From: Eukaryota sp. TZLM1-RC
Lineage: Eukaryota; Protista; Metamonada: BaSk clade
DNA length: 64,000 bases
Direction of reading: 5' to 3'
NCBI GenBank assembly: GCA_040285825.1
Contig: JAUPSS010000011.1
Coordinates: forward strand, 372,001-436,000
Below are positions 24,084 to 36,655 of this stretch, one piece after another (within the stretch, counting starts at the first letter, position 1; every line of letters starts with the position of its first letter). The notes under the pieces are model-generated. The model was not told the DNA's origin, searched no databases, and saw only the letters and a program-made list of their open reading frames with translations. The position numbers and the translations under genes are program-made.

Positions 24084-24518
24084 TTATAAGACTTGTTGCT
24101 GTAATCTTCTTGCACCCTCTTCTACTAGCTGTTTTTCCAGGGGGTTATAGTCAGTTCTGAAATATAAGCCATAGACATTAGATCTGTTCAACTTAACAAC
24201 AGCAATTACATGGGAACCGGTGGAAATAGAGAAGTCCGAAGTTGAACAACAATCAACTTCAAGATCTGACTGAGTAGTGTCTGAAAGGATTACGATACTA
24301 CCTCTGATTTCTGTCACATAAGCACTCAGCATGAACACAAACGGCGTACGCGAAGTCTTGGAGAGCAACTCATACTGCTCACTTCTGGGCAATGTTTGAA
24401 GCTTGTTGATGACTTTGATGTTGCAGGTGAAGACTCTATTTTGCAACTTCAAAGATTTGTCTTTTGAATTGTTGTTTGAGGAGTCTTGAACAAGGGTAGA
24501 AGGTGTCGCACAGAACAT
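24084..24518 (-). CDS. Small OB-fold protein, RMI2-like (alternatively RPA2/STN1-like)
   Basis: AYVTEIRGSIVILSDTT, GSHVIAVVKL, and a C-terminal NP + helix pattern as in RMI2. Confidence 0.5.
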   Translation of the reverse strand: MFCATPSTLVQDSSNNNSKDKSLKLQNRVFTCNIKVINKLQTLPRSEQYELLSKTSRTPFVFMLSAYVTEIRGSIVILSDTTQSDLEVDCCSTSDFSISTGSHVIAVVKLNRSNVYGLYFRTDYNPLEKQLVEEGARRLQQQVL

Positions 24519-24744
24519 TTAACGGAGTAAAGTGTATATATCAACTCAGTACTTGTAGACAAATCATTCTTTTGGGTGCAGGGAAAACTTTGGAGAATTC
24601 CCATCTAACAATGGAATAAAGTGTATCTACAGAGTCGACACTTGTAGATAAACCAAGTTGGTAAACATGCACTTGCTAGTTACTGCCTTTCCTTTCCTTT
24701 CCTTTCTGTAATTATTCGATCACGTATTTATTTACGATAATTTA

Positions 24745-25825
24745 ATTTATTGAACTTGTGAACTTAATAAAATAAACATATAACTAATGGGACGAAATTC
24801 ATTGAACCAAGATTTCCTCTACAAAATCTTGAGCTGCTTGGTGTCTACCTAAAGCTTCTCCAATTTGATTGAAAAACCGAGGTAATCTATTAATAATGGC
24901 AAATTGAATTCGAGAGCGCCATAAAAAGATAACAAATCTTTTCATTGCTTTTTCTTGAACCATTTTTTGGAAATCATTCAAAATGGTTCCTGCTGCTGCT
25001 GATAGTCTTCTGTTCATAGAAAATGGGAAAGCAATAAAAACAAGTGATCTATTTCTATCCGCATTAGCTTCTTCGATGTCTTTGTCATATTTTCCATGTT
25101 TTTCTTTGGCGTTAAATTCAAGAGCATCTACAGGATTAAGTTTTCTTCTTCGAACCAAAGTGTCATTTGCAACATTAGAGACAAAGTCAACGACAGCTTT
25201 CAAATTCTCAATCCAATCACATTATATACCATTTCTATCATCAGAGTTAAAATTATTCAATGACAGTGTTTCTTTCAGCAGAGGCTCTTTGATACACGAA
25301 ATTCTTGCAGTTCTAGCCATATTGAAAACAATGTCTCTAACAGCATCATGTAATGAAGAACGATAGGTTATCATTTTAGAACAATTCAGAGCATGACGCA
25401 AAGTGAGTTGAGGTGAATTCGAACAAATACATTGTTCTTTTAATAATAATTGATTAATGAGAATATTCAATTATAATCTCATTTTTGTTGCAAACATTGC
25501 ATTAATAGCACATAGTTCAAAACTTCGTGGTACAATGGTCACAAACAGTGAAGAATCTGATGACTGATTTTCACAAACACCTTTTCCAATAAGAATGAGT
25601 GAAGATCTTGATTTAAAACAGTCGAGCTGCATATATTATTATAAAAATCATTTTCATACATTTTAGTCAATCGTTTCTTCAATGTTCGAAGAGTGTATCT
25701 TAAATTTGAAAAATTCTTTTCAGGAATATTACCATTGAATGATTGGGAAAAGCATCGACTCCATTTTTCTACATCAATTTTTGAAATTTCTTCATTTAAT
25801 GCAAAAACAGTGGAACTTTGCGCTG
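24745..25825 (-). mobile_element. RLE retrotransposon family A 3' fragment
   Basis: Highly similar to 551-1635 and 14905-15980. Confidence 0.88.
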
Positions 25826-26512
25826 TATTACAATATTGGCCAATATATTACAATATTTTCTAAAATTTCAGCCCAAGAACATCGAGTAATCAAATCAAAC
25901 AAGGTGATCTTTTTGATTGGTGAACATTTTTCACAGATGGAGCTCTTGTTTCTGTTCAATTTTAAAAATTACATTGGTGGACAAAAATTAACTGTGCAAA
26001 CGATGAAAATGCCAAAAAAAGAGCAAGATGAGAAATATCTGCAAGATCTACTAAAAGAAGAACTGGGAAAATTAAATAAACTGAGAAAAGTTGGAATACA
26101 ATGAAACAAGTGAAAGAGAAAATGAATAAGAATAAAGTACAACACAACACACAATTAAGAAATAGAATCAAAAACCCAAATCAACCACCCGCTAAGAAAA
26201 ACAAAAAGAAAAAGGTACAAATATATCAACAGCATTTGTTACAACCTTTCATTTCTGTTATATGCAATTGATTTAGAAACTTTGCAGTAGAATTTTGTTA
26301 CTTATTTTAGTTAAAGGATTTGAGACTATTCAAATTCAACATGAAGCACGCACATCAAAACTTCCACAATAAATTACAACTTCAAATAAATTAAATTATT
26401 AATTACACATTCCAATAATAAACACCATTGGTTGAAGCAGTATTCAAAGAATTGATTTAATATCAAAGCTAAAACAAAAAGACTTAATAAACAAACATTA
26501 AACATAACAAAA

Positions 26513-27419
26513 CTATTCAATCTGAGGTAATGGTAAATTTGGGAGGGACGACTGATAGCTTAGCAATGGCGATCTTGATATATCAATATTGGGATCCTCT
26601 TGGTCTCTCAGTTTGTTTCTCTTCTCCCTTCTACTCTTCTTAATCGCATAATAAATCAGCAAATACAAAAGAATCAGTTGCTGGACTGCAGATGTAAAGT
26701 AACTTCCCCAAGTGGTGATCGAGGCCTTGGAGGTTATTTGAAACACTAACCTAAAGTCAAAACAAACAAAGAACAAACATTAAAGCCGAACCTGGTGCCT
26801 GAATCGAAATCATCGTCAATGAGAGAGCTCCTCCACCCTTTCTCTTGTAGGTGATGATGATTTGAGGAATCCACTGCCACATATTAACCACTGTAGAGAT
26901 GACGCCCACACTGTACGCTATTTCCAAGACAATAAAGTCGCATCTGTTTCTGAAGTAAACCAAAGCTCCACTCACTAGAATGATTGAAACTGCATATAGT
27001 AAAAATAAAAGAAAAAACAACTTGAATCTACGATAAGACTTGGCTCTCTTACCATCTCTGACTTCAAAATACATGAGAAACAGGATAAGTACGGGGAAAA
27101 AAGCGGCAAACCCGGTTATAAGAGTTAAGGAACTAAGGATGCTGGGAAAACATTTCCAGAAACCAACTAAAGGACATGCCTGAAACCTGACTAGATTTAA
27201 CAATACAGACCCCAATGCAACATTGAAATGATTGAGGTTGGCAACAAGAAGTGTAGTGCCACTGAGACCTTTGGATGACTTTCGTTTGATGATACGTGTG
27301 TACTGGGGAAGATGACTCAATGCCAGTCCAAACATGAGACCCACACCGATAGCAATTGAAAGAGGACCCAATGAGATAAGGCTATCCTTGGGATCCAAGT
27401 TTGGATCACAATCTGGCAT
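26513..27419 (-). CDS. PQ-loop repeat membrane transporter, 2 exons
   Basis: HLPQY and WIPQI motifs, GLS/ALS boxes, about 7 TM segments; 28-nt intron 26751-26778. Confidence 0.9.
26751..26778 (-). other. 28-nt spliceosomal intron (PQ-loop gene)
   Basis: GTTTGT...TTTTGACTTTAG; removal joins the two ORFs in frame. Confidence 0.88.
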
Positions 27420-28557
27420 CGTTTAAATGTCTGGTGATAGAATGTTTGAGCAATTGATACTCAAAAATGATGTTCAATTTCGTTGCATAATAAAAAGTCA
27501 ATTTTTGTAAAAAAAATAAACCACATAAAATATTGAAGCTTACCGCGAAGCAATCCTTAAACGCTTAAGTGAATAACAACCATATTCTCAAGATCTTGGC
27601 AGACGAAGATAAGATATTGCTCATTTCTGGTTAAACAGCCAAATTTCAACTAATGATTGTGATCAATCCAGCCAGAAATTTGAAATCGAACAATCTACCA
27701 ATTAATTGTGCTCTGGATCCAGAACACATATAATGGAAACATTATGTTTCGTTGGCAAGATAATTCTATTCAGTATGCTTTTTGACCTATTGTTTGAAGA
27801 CGGTAGAACCGTATGTGATCAATCTCGTTTGCTTTCACAAAATTGGTAAACGACCGTGCAATTCAAATTTTCATCGGATCTTTTTTGCAAATAGGATTGC
27901 GGCAGTAAGTCAATTGCAATTATGCTATATCACAATTTCCTATTGGTATCTCTCAGTTTGGGGTAAAAATCTGAGAGAATATAAACTTTTAACGTCTCTG
28001 GTTAGTTTATTGTCTGTTATTCAAAGTTATTTTTGGCTATTTGTTTTTAGTAAATGCTCTAATATTCGACAATTTTGAATTGTAATTGTACAATTTGGCG
28101 AAACCGTCAGGAAGATGTGGTAATAATAATATTTGGTTTGCATTTTTTTCCATTTAATAACAATGAAATTATTCCACCATTCCTCCTGTTCAAAAATAAA
28201 ACAATCAATGTACGACAAACAATAAAGATTCACTGGGAACTCCAACTTTAAAATAATCATTCATTGATTCACAACGGCAAAGACATCAACAGTTCCAAGT
28301 GAACGTTTTTAGCAAACGCGATCATAGTTGAAACAAATTAAATAGAATTTTATTACAATAGAGTAATCTGAAACATGAATTGCTTTAATGATTAATAAAA
28401 AAAGGAGAAATATTCATCAAGACAAAAAAAGAATAACCCCTGATAAAGCTCAAGAAGAAACATTTCTTGAAAAAGACCAACAAAGTAAACAAAGACAACA
28501 AAATAAACAAAAAACAAAACCACTGCAACAAAGCTAGTGCACTTTTGGCCAGTAAAC

Positions 28558-30556
28558 CTAACTATCAAAAACATCACTCATACTCATTTGACGCTGGCTT
28601 CTTCGTTGACTACCTTGTGAGTCGGATCTTGGCAACTTTTTGGCGGTAAGAGGTTTAAAACTAGTTGGTAAATTCCTCTTTCCCAAACTGGGCAACCCGT
28701 TTGGTTTACTGCCCAGGCTAGGCAACGGGATAGAAGGTGAGGGAAATGGAGTTGCTGAACTTCTCGGAAGGGGTGAAGGTGCGGGCTCCTTACGCCGCAA
28801 CATGGGCCTTGACACTAATGGTGAAATGGGGGGAGCACTGGCAACTGGAGTAGATGTTGCTGATTGTGGGTTATGTTTTACCATTGAGTTTGTTGAGTTG
28901 GTCCCCAGCTCATTTTGGGCAGGTTGGTGAACTTCATCAAGAACAGACCCCGCCCAGGAAACATTTTCCTTGTGAGTACCTTCGATTAGCAACAACCTTA
29001 TATTGGTGTTGGGTTGGTCAGAAGATTGGACACAAGACCTTGCATTCTTAATCATTTTGTTATACAAAGACTCTGAATTCCAAGAGTCCTTGTCAATAAA
29101 GTTTTTTAATTCATCAACGAAATCAACACACCGAGTGGTTCTTAAAAATGGTTTCTTAACATTTAAATTTTCTAATTTTCTACACATATTAAATATAACA
29201 AATTCACTTAAATCCATTCCTCCCATAGCAGTAGCACCAACCTTCCCTGCTAATTGTGCAGCCTGGTTCTTCGTCCAAGCTTTAAATTGCTTTGGTTTCG
29301 CTGAAAAATCGAATAATTCAGCATTGTTAACCACTCTGCCGGCAAACTCAGAACTAATCTTTTTAGCAGAAAATAATGGCAATTCACCAAACTCAATCTT
29401 AATTCGAAGTAAAGGTACTTCATACTTGGCAGGCAAATCCAAAAGAAAATTACAACAACTACGTGACCTTCGATCAGAAAGTTCTTGCTGAACAGTCTCA
29501 TCTCTTCTATAGGACATGTTCTCTAATACTTCCTCCGTCTTTAGCTTGACACTAACAGTAATTTCTTCTTCAGAAGGCTTTGAAACACCAGGTAACAGTT
29601 CTGCAACGGTGAAACAATGGTATTCAAACAACCTTGAATATAGCAAGGGAATTCGAGTCACCCTTCGCATTGTTTTATTGATTTGAAGGAGTGTTGTGTA
29701 CTTTTGCCCAGAATTACTAGCATGCATAGCTGTTGCAACAGGGGATCCGGGTTGAATTATTTCGGGATTGGAGCTTGAGATTAGATCAGATTGATGCTCA
29801 TGACCCCAAACGACGGTATCAAAGAACCCAAATTTCTTAATCATTTCAGGAGATAAATGATTCTTTGTCTTGAGACCTCCTCTTTGAATTCGAGATTGAT
29901 GGAGTACAAGAATGTTGAAAATATCAGAAACAGGCACTCCATCAGGAAAAACAAATTCAACACGATTATCGTCAAAAAGTCTGTACATTCTGCCTTCATT
30001 AACATAGGAAAGGCCATGTAAAGCGACGTTGGTATTGCCCTTATTCAAAATAACTGGCTGTACGGTGAGTGAGTTGGGGGTATCATCTATTTTTCCAAAA
30101 TAATTAATCAGATGAGCTTGGGAAAGGATATCCAAAGGTGAAGTCTTTGAACTTCCAGTGGGTTCGTCATGGTTACTGTGATGAGAATGGTTGAGAGGAG
30201 TCAAACCCATTGATAGTAAACACAGGAAGCGATATATTCATATTATCATTGTAGAAGTTGGCCTGACCTCCAACAACGGAGGTTTCACCGTGAGAAATGG
30301 AGAATTCAACGGGTCTGTCACCAAGACAATATTTGGAGAGTAATTCAACTGTGCGTCTCATAGTGTACTGGGAGGGTTTGCGTTCATGAAAAAGATCTCC
30401 ACCAAGTAAGAGAAGGTCTGCATTGCGAGCAAGGGCAAGAGCCAAGATTTCTTCAAATGCTACAAAAGAATCATCTATACGATCAGGATCTGCTTCTCCA
30501 AAGCCTAAGTGAAGGTCAGATGCAACCATTATAGAGAGAATGTCATCTTCATTCAT
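28558..30556 (-). CDS. MRE11: MRE11 nuclease, 2 exons
   Basis: SDLHLG, GGDLFH, GNHD (restored by splicing 30176-30206), LVLHQ, WGHEH, IQPGS, PLLRIKIE. Confidence 0.95.
30176..30206 (-). other. 31-nt spliceosomal intron (MRE11)
   Basis: GTTTGA...TTCTCATCACAG; removal restores PVFTINGNHDEP. Confidence 0.92.
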
Positions 30557-31536
30557 TGAAGCAGGGAAAAACACTTCTCAGCTTAAGATTCCAGAATTTT
30601 AGGAATTAATTCCAAATCAATTCCTAGTTTTTGGATATTAAGGGAGTCCCGGAATTTCCTTAAAGCTTGTAAATTCCTCATATTCCCTAAATTTCCCAAA
30701 GACTCATGATATTGTACTGTGTAATCAAAATTACAGACCATTTAGAAGATCAAATATTGTTGACACCAGTATGACTGAACTGGTCAATTTAATTAATAAA
30801 CCATTTCAAGGTAAACATTTAGGTAATAACATCAAAAAACTAAAACTTATTCAACCAAATATTTCTATGAAAATGCAACCAAAAGAGCAATAAGAGAGCA
30901 ACAAATTCTTGTTTTGTATTTCTATTAGAATTGGTTTCTTTAATATTTTTGTCATATTATCTAGTGCATTGGTCTTGAATTTAAGTGCATATACGGGATT
31001 TTATATTTTTTTTGAACCAAAAAGCCACATTTTCATCACAAAACAAGACCAAATATGGATTGTCCTCGTCAATTCAAAATACTGATAAATAGGAAATTCT
31101 TAAATTTGGTATTTCGTATTTTTATCAAGTTCAGTCCCTTGTAATAAAAATAAATCAACGTGATTTTACTTTTGAGGTGAGTGAAAATGAAAATTGAACA
31201 AACTCAAATCAAATAGTAAAAGGTGGGTAAATCTAAAGTTGTGAGTTCTAAAAAAGCAATGTCCCAGTTTTTGAAAACGGTTTCTTTTAAACTTTAAAGT
31301 AAAGACACAGATTGAACAATGCTTCGGCGAGAATTTCACACAATAGATGAAGTTCTGATAGAGACAGAAACACCATTAGTTTGTCATTTGTTTCAGATAT
31401 CTTTTGGAAATGAACAAGAATTATGTTTAAATGCCAATCAAACTGTTTAAACGGCAGAGGCAGTGCTAATGTCTGAAAAATAAAACTTTTGATTTCCAAC
31501 TATTTGTTGGTGCTATCTAATTGTCCATTCCACTCC

Positions 31537-31869
31537 ATGAGTGTCTTCAAAGCCCATGGGGATGTACCTATCAACGTTTGCCAGTACATACAACGCGAAA
31601 AATCTCTCTGCGATGCTCGTGCACATGTCCAACAACTCCAACAAATTGCTAATGCTTGTGAACTTGACTCTTCAGCTGATAAGACGTTCGTTAATCAACA
31701 ACAGAAGCGCCAACGAAAAAGAGTAGAATCTGAGGTACAAGGGATGGTCTTGTATCGTTTAACGCAACGTCGACAAAAGCTAGCTGAGTTATATCAGAAT
31801 GATTACAAAAAGTGGAAAGCAGAGCTATCATCTCGAGGCTTGACTTTCATTTCACCTGAATCTGATTAA
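31537..31869 (+). CDS. Small coiled-coil protein, CFAP141/FAP141-like microtubule inner protein
   Basis: C-terminal RRQKLAELYQNDYKKWKAELSSRGLTF resembles the CFAP141 RxxxLxxLFxxExxxYxxELxxxGxxF pattern; followed by AATAAA. Confidence 0.45.
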   Translation: MSVFKAHGDVPINVCQYIQREKSLCDARAHVQQLQQIANACELDSSADKTFVNQQQKRQRKRVESEVQGMVLYRLTQRRQKLAELYQNDYKKWKAELSSRGLTFISPESD

Positions 31870-32647
31870 TGACTCTAGTTATCACGATTTTTTGCATTTA
31901 TGTATTATATCATTTTATTATTGTATTTTCTAATAAATTTGGATGTTTCAAAGTTTTTGTTGTTTCAAACTGTCTTGATTCATGTGATTGGATATACAAG
32001 TAGACAAACAATTTAATTTTTCCACAAAAAGTTCATCTTCTATAGTTGCAATATTCTTAATTATTCATTATACAAGATATTCTACAATTGCTTTTCCAAT
32101 TCTACTCGATCTTCTTTTACCATTGTGTATTGTGAAACAATATTGAGTCTGGATTCAAAAACCTGCCATGGTGTTTCGCACGTTCTACAACTTTGTCATC
32201 TGTACGTGGAGCATTGGGTTCAAATCTGGGTTTCTTCAGTGTCCACCTAATGGTTGGACTTTCACATGGGTATGGGGTTTTGAGGGTAAAATTACTAAAG
32301 GGTTGGCTCAGTGGAGGAGAAGATTCTTTTAAAACTGATTGTAGAAGAGAAGAATCCCAAGTCTTGGACATTGTTCTAGTAAAAGATACCAACCATTGAA
32401 ATACCAACCATTGAATAAGAGAAATCCTTGTTGGATTTCAATATAATGATAAATTAATTTCTTAACAATGATACTACTAAGCGAATGGCAAAACTATCCA
32501 TGTGTGCAATGTTGAACGCAGTGTAGCTAGTCAATGAATGTGAAGTAAAAGACCCCAGAAATACATGAAACAAAAGTTCAATATTCAAAGAGAAATGTCA
32601 AAAATAAAACTATTTTTAATGAAAGAATATTAATTTATAAACAAAAA

Positions 32648-35314
32648 CTACGAAAAAGTGTCTTCTTCGTCCATTTGAGCGGCAAAAAGATCAATGGCGG
32701 AAAAGAATGGCTTTGGGGGTTCTTTAGATTCTTCATTCAAATCAAGATAATCCTCTGGAGATTCATCATCACTGACCTTTACTGGGGGACCAAAATCTAC
32801 TTGACTTTCAGAGACTTCTTGACTTTCAGAGACTTCTTGATCTGTTTCTTCTGGTATTACCCCCGGAGATTCCCATGTTGAAATTTCCTCTTCGCTGAAA
32901 GAATTTAAAACAGGTTCCTCCCCAATTTGGTCAACCAAGGAAGGCACAAAATGAGAGACACTTCCCCAAGGATCATCATCCACTTGCTCTTTTTCTTCTG
33001 CTTCTTCTGCTTCCTCTGCTTCTGGTTTCTGATCACTAGAACCAAGGTCTTCAGATGATTGTTCAAGAGGAAGAGCATCACCTCTGAAATTCCATTGTTC
33101 AAACTTGTGGTGATCAAAGGGAGGTAACATCTGGAAAATGGCATCTACAGTATGAGGGTCAGCAGTCAATAACGTCAGCCCTTCATAAATCCTAGTAACA
33201 ACCTCAACATTATTATCACATACTGGTACCTTGACTAAAAGCTTTCTCAATACCTTTTCAATTACATCTCCAATGAAAACTTGGTTATCGTTTTTAGAGA
33301 CAAGTTTTTGATTCTGGCAGTGGTGAACAATGTCAAAATCAAGCGATTCTTTTCTTTTGATTTCAACCTCGAATGGGGCCATAAAAGCTTCGGTCAAGTC
33401 TGCCAAATCACCAAGGGACTGAGATGTTGAATTATGAGCTAATGACGTTCCTTTTTGATCTATTGTTGACAATGACTTATCATATACTGCACACTTAATC
33501 AAAGAACTCACAAGCAATGGTAACAATGGATGGGAAAAGTCTTCAAATTGAAAGTTTGGTCTTCTATTTTTAAATGGTAATAACGACACCAAATAAAATA
33601 CAATTAATAACGGTTTAGAAGTCAAATGACAAAACTCACCGAGAACGAAAACAACAATTTTTAAAAAATGATCTGGAATGATTGGAGATTTGATTGAATC
33701 TTGAAGAAACGTCAAACAAATTCTGACCGCCTCTGATTGCAAAGATTCATCATCAACTACAATCTTGATCACGTCATCAGCCATTGAATAGGGAAGACCA
33801 GTTTCCATTTCGACTTCACCTAAAAACTTTGGAAAATCTGTCTGTAACACTGACAATATTGTTTGAAGGAACAAAACCTTATCGTGACAGACAGTGTAAA
33901 GAGCAGCAAAGCAGGTATTACTGATGAAAGATCTATTAGGAAAGGGCAACTCCGTGATTGCTATCAACACGTCATTAAGGGTTTTTTTCGACACATCACG
34001 TGGCACTAACCTAGCCATGCTCAATAAACAACCTGCTGTTAAATGGCGAACTGTGGAATCATTTGAATAAAGCAAATGAAGAATGGCATTTGTGAATTCA
34101 GAGAAAAAAGGATGGAAATTCATCAAAAAGCCATCAGACTTCTCGAGAAAAACGTCACAAACTCTGGTGAAAGTTCTCAAGGCAAGTGATCGAATAGTAT
34201 TTGATTGATCTTGAGTAATCATCAAGGCCAGGTTGTTGACTGCAGTCAGATTACTGCCAACGTCATCATTCAGTGTGGTCAACAAGAATCCACAAGACTC
34301 TATTTGTGAGCAGTAAACCGCTGACCTCCCAGGTTTTCCTCTTGCAGAATTAAGATAAGCTCCTGAATTCAAAAGATTACAGCAATTAATCAATCTCTCC
34401 CTTGAATCATGAGGAACTGAAAGTGAATATTGACTAATAACTAAACTCAGAGTCTTGAAACACAAAGACAAAACCACAGGAAAAGTGACTCCATGGTAGT
34501 AGTAGGAACCTCGTTTGAATAGAAGATCTGTGAAGATGCAGCATGATTGGAATAAACTTGTGGCTTGTTCAGTGGAAAGGTCAATAGTAGAGATCAAAAT
34601 AGACCTGGTCAAGAGAATTCCAGAGAACTCGTGCTTTTCTATCATTTTAATTGCTAATCCAACCAACTCATCAGGGTCAACTATAGAACAATCAGTTTCC
34701 ACAATCCTTGCTAACAGAACTACGGCCTTGATTGGTACTATTGACTCAAACACTGAATCCCTTGACAACTGCTGGTAAGGGGGCAAAGTTGATGAAGATT
34801 TCTTAGAGGAGGAGGGAGGTCGTGTTTGATTAGCAAGTGATAAGGCATGTGGAAGGAGAGATGAACAGGAGAGAGGGGTTAGGAGAGAGGCAGCCGTGGA
34901 GAGGGCGAGAGAAGAGACTGTTGAAGAAGGAAAGGAAACCCTATTAGCCAAAACTTCTGTAAAATAAGAAGCAAGTTGTGGATCATGGGAAAAAAGAAGA
35001 GAAGAAGCGTAGAGACCGATGCGGAGAGAAAGAAGGCTTTCTGGTACCTTGATTAAGTCACTAACCTCTTTAATAACAAACGAAGAGGCTTCATGGCGAC
35101 CAAGGCAGTAGATTACCATTAACTTCAGAACGTACTTTTGACGATCATAAGCAGAGAGGTTTCGTTTCAGAAACTTTCTTCTGATATGGGCTAGTTCCTT
35201 ATCTATCCTTTGTTCAACCAGGGATTTGTCAATTCTGTTGCTTTCGTAAAGATCACGAACAAAGTTGGTTAGCCCGTTGAAGCTAACACCACCAAGACGG
35301 CAAACGGATGGCAT
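32648..35314 (-). CDS. Divergent AP-2 alpha-adaptin-like trunk protein lacking the appendage domain
   Basis: GLTNFVRDL...RIDKELAHIRRKF...YDRQKYVLKLMVIYCLG, FVLGEF, MLPPF; acidic tail. Confidence 0.8.
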   Translation of the reverse strand: MPSVCRLGGVSFNGLTNFVRDLYESNRIDKSLVEQRIDKELAHIRRKFLKRNLSAYDRQKYVLKLMVIYCLGRHEASSFVIKEVSDLIKVPESLLSLRIGLYASSLLFSHDPQLASYFTEVLANRVSFPSSTVSSLALSTAASLLTPLSCSSLLPHALSLANQTRPPSSSKKSSSTLPPYQQLSRDSVFESIVPIKAVVLLARIVETDCSIVDPDELVGLAIKMIEKHEFSGILLTRSILISTIDLSTEQATSLFQSCCIFTDLLFKRGSYYYHGVTFPVVLSLCFKTLSLVISQYSLSVPHDSRERLINCCNLLNSGAYLNSARGKPGRSAVYCSQIESCGFLLTTLNDDVGSNLTAVNNLALMITQDQSNTIRSLALRTFTRVCDVFLEKSDGFLMNFHPFFSEFTNAILHLLYSNDSTVRHLTAGCLLSMARLVPRDVSKKTLNDVLIAITELPFPNRSFISNTCFAALYTVCHDKVLFLQTILSVLQTDFPKFLGEVEMETGLPYSMADDVIKIVVDDESLQSEAVRICLTFLQDSIKSPIIPDHFLKIVVFVLGEFCHLTSKPLLIVFYLVSLLPFKNRRPNFQFEDFSHPLLPLLVSSLIKCAVYDKSLSTIDQKGTSLAHNSTSQSLGDLADLTEAFMAPFEVEIKRKESLDFDIVHHCQNQKLVSKNDNQVFIGDVIEKVLRKLLVKVPVCDNNVEVVTRIYEGLTLLTADPHTVDAIFQMLPPFDHHKFEQWNFRGDALPLEQSSEDLGSSDQKPEAEEAEEAEEKEQVDDDPWGSVSHFVPSLVDQIGEEPVLNSFSEEEISTWESPGVIPEETDQEVSESQEVSESQVDFGPPVKVSDDESPEDYLDLNEESKEPPKPFFSAIDLFAAQMDEEDTFS

Positions 35315-35391
35315 TTGAAATGGGAAGAGAAGGGATAGTTCGCAAGTTCAAGGGTGATATCGGGTTTGAGGAGACATTGGACAGGGTTTCT

Positions 35392-35622
35392 TCAGAGAGG
35401 TCGTTGAAACATTGATAATCGTATATCTTGAAAACATTGACGTCTTTGTTTTGCGATGCATAAAGAAAGATGTCTGTGGTTGCGGAGAGCATTGCTTCCG
35501 TGGGCGGAAGACAGATTAGGCATGAATTTGGGAAATGTGAATGGATCATTAAGTGGTCTTCGATGAGTGGGAGCTTTAAGTACAGTTCCTGTTTCCAGGT
35601 TGACAAAACTGTTCCAATTCAT
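35392..35622 (-). CDS. Hypothetical 76-aa protein
   Basis: ATG-initiated ORF with gene-like GC content just upstream of the adaptin; no motif recognised. Confidence 0.3.
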   Translation of the reverse strand: MNWNSFVNLETGTVLKAPTHRRPLNDPFTFPKFMPNLSSAHGSNALRNHRHLSLCIAKQRRQCFQDIRLSMFQRPL

Positions 35623-36066
35623 GTGTTTGAAATAGAGTGGATAGTGAGGGAGTATTGTTTAAGTGTTTCACTTATCAATAACAGAACCTTTATTATCTTG
35701 CAACGAGATACAACTACACATTTTTACACTCTAAATCATTTGTTATTTTGTAAAACTCTTCTTTCACATTTAGATATTGATTTACTTGTGTGAGAATTAC
35801 TTTGCTCTTTTGTACTATATTAGGCTTATTGAAATAATTTCTAATTCAAAGACTGTGTCTACAGGTTTTTTAAATATTTGTTCAATAAAGATAAATGAAT
35901 GTATTGTAAGTTTTCTAAAAATATAACATTATACTTATTCAACAACAAAAAAGGGGTTTGTTAAAAATGGCAAAACATCGTTAGGCTACAACTACATCAA
36001 CTGTACAAAAGGGTGATTGAAATTCCGTAAGTGAAAAACCTAGATATATTGATGAGAAATCGATCA

Positions 36067-36200
36067 ATGAATGCTTTGCGACACCTTGTTGTTGCAATTC
36101 ATGACGCAGCCCTGAACTGGTTCTTTATTGGGAGATCTTGGGGTCTTGACTGAGCCAAGTACAGAACTCTTACCCAGAATCCCTCACTGCTTCTGCGGTA
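36067..36200 (+). ncRNA. Orphan structured RNA-like block
   Basis: ttgcgaca/tgttgcaa hairpin; cgcag (36105-09)/ctgcg (36193-97) enclosing ggga/tccc and ttggg/cccag. Confidence 0.35.
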
Positions 36201-36569
36201 GCTATCAATTCAATTCTCTCTGGTTAGAAAACTTTATTGAAATAAGATGATCTAGACTTTAAAAAAATTGAACTCAATTGAACTCAATTAAACTCAATTA
36301 GACCAGAGATTTATGTCGGAAAGAAGAATTGGAAGTTGCATATAGATTCAAATAATGGAAAAAAGGCAAAAAAAGAAAGCAAAAGTAAAAGAGAAATTTG
36401 TGGAAGGAATGAAATCAGAGCAGACTTAGTCATACAAATATGAGTAAGAATGAACCAAGACGTCTAGCAATTGCCAAAATAGTAGAAACATTACAAAGTG
36501 CAACCAACAAGAGAATAAGAAAGCGTATTTCAAGGGCTCTTGGAAAAGGATGACTTGGGCAACTATAAA

Positions 36570-36655
36570 GATAGACAAGTAGTTCCATGGGGTCTAAGGC
36601 AGTGTAATCAATGTAAAACCTTGTGGAATCGAGATACTAATTCTGCTCTAAATAC
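36570..36655 (+). pseudogene. Fanzor C-terminal fragment (Zn finger + RuvC-III)
   Basis: Translates VPWGLRQCNQCKTLWNRDTNSALN. Confidence 0.7.

Noticed and set aside
32117-32407. ORF-like intergenic fragment (similarly 62467-62787 and 27560-28330)
   Set aside because: Probably decayed TE coding sequence, but no diagnostic motif allows a call
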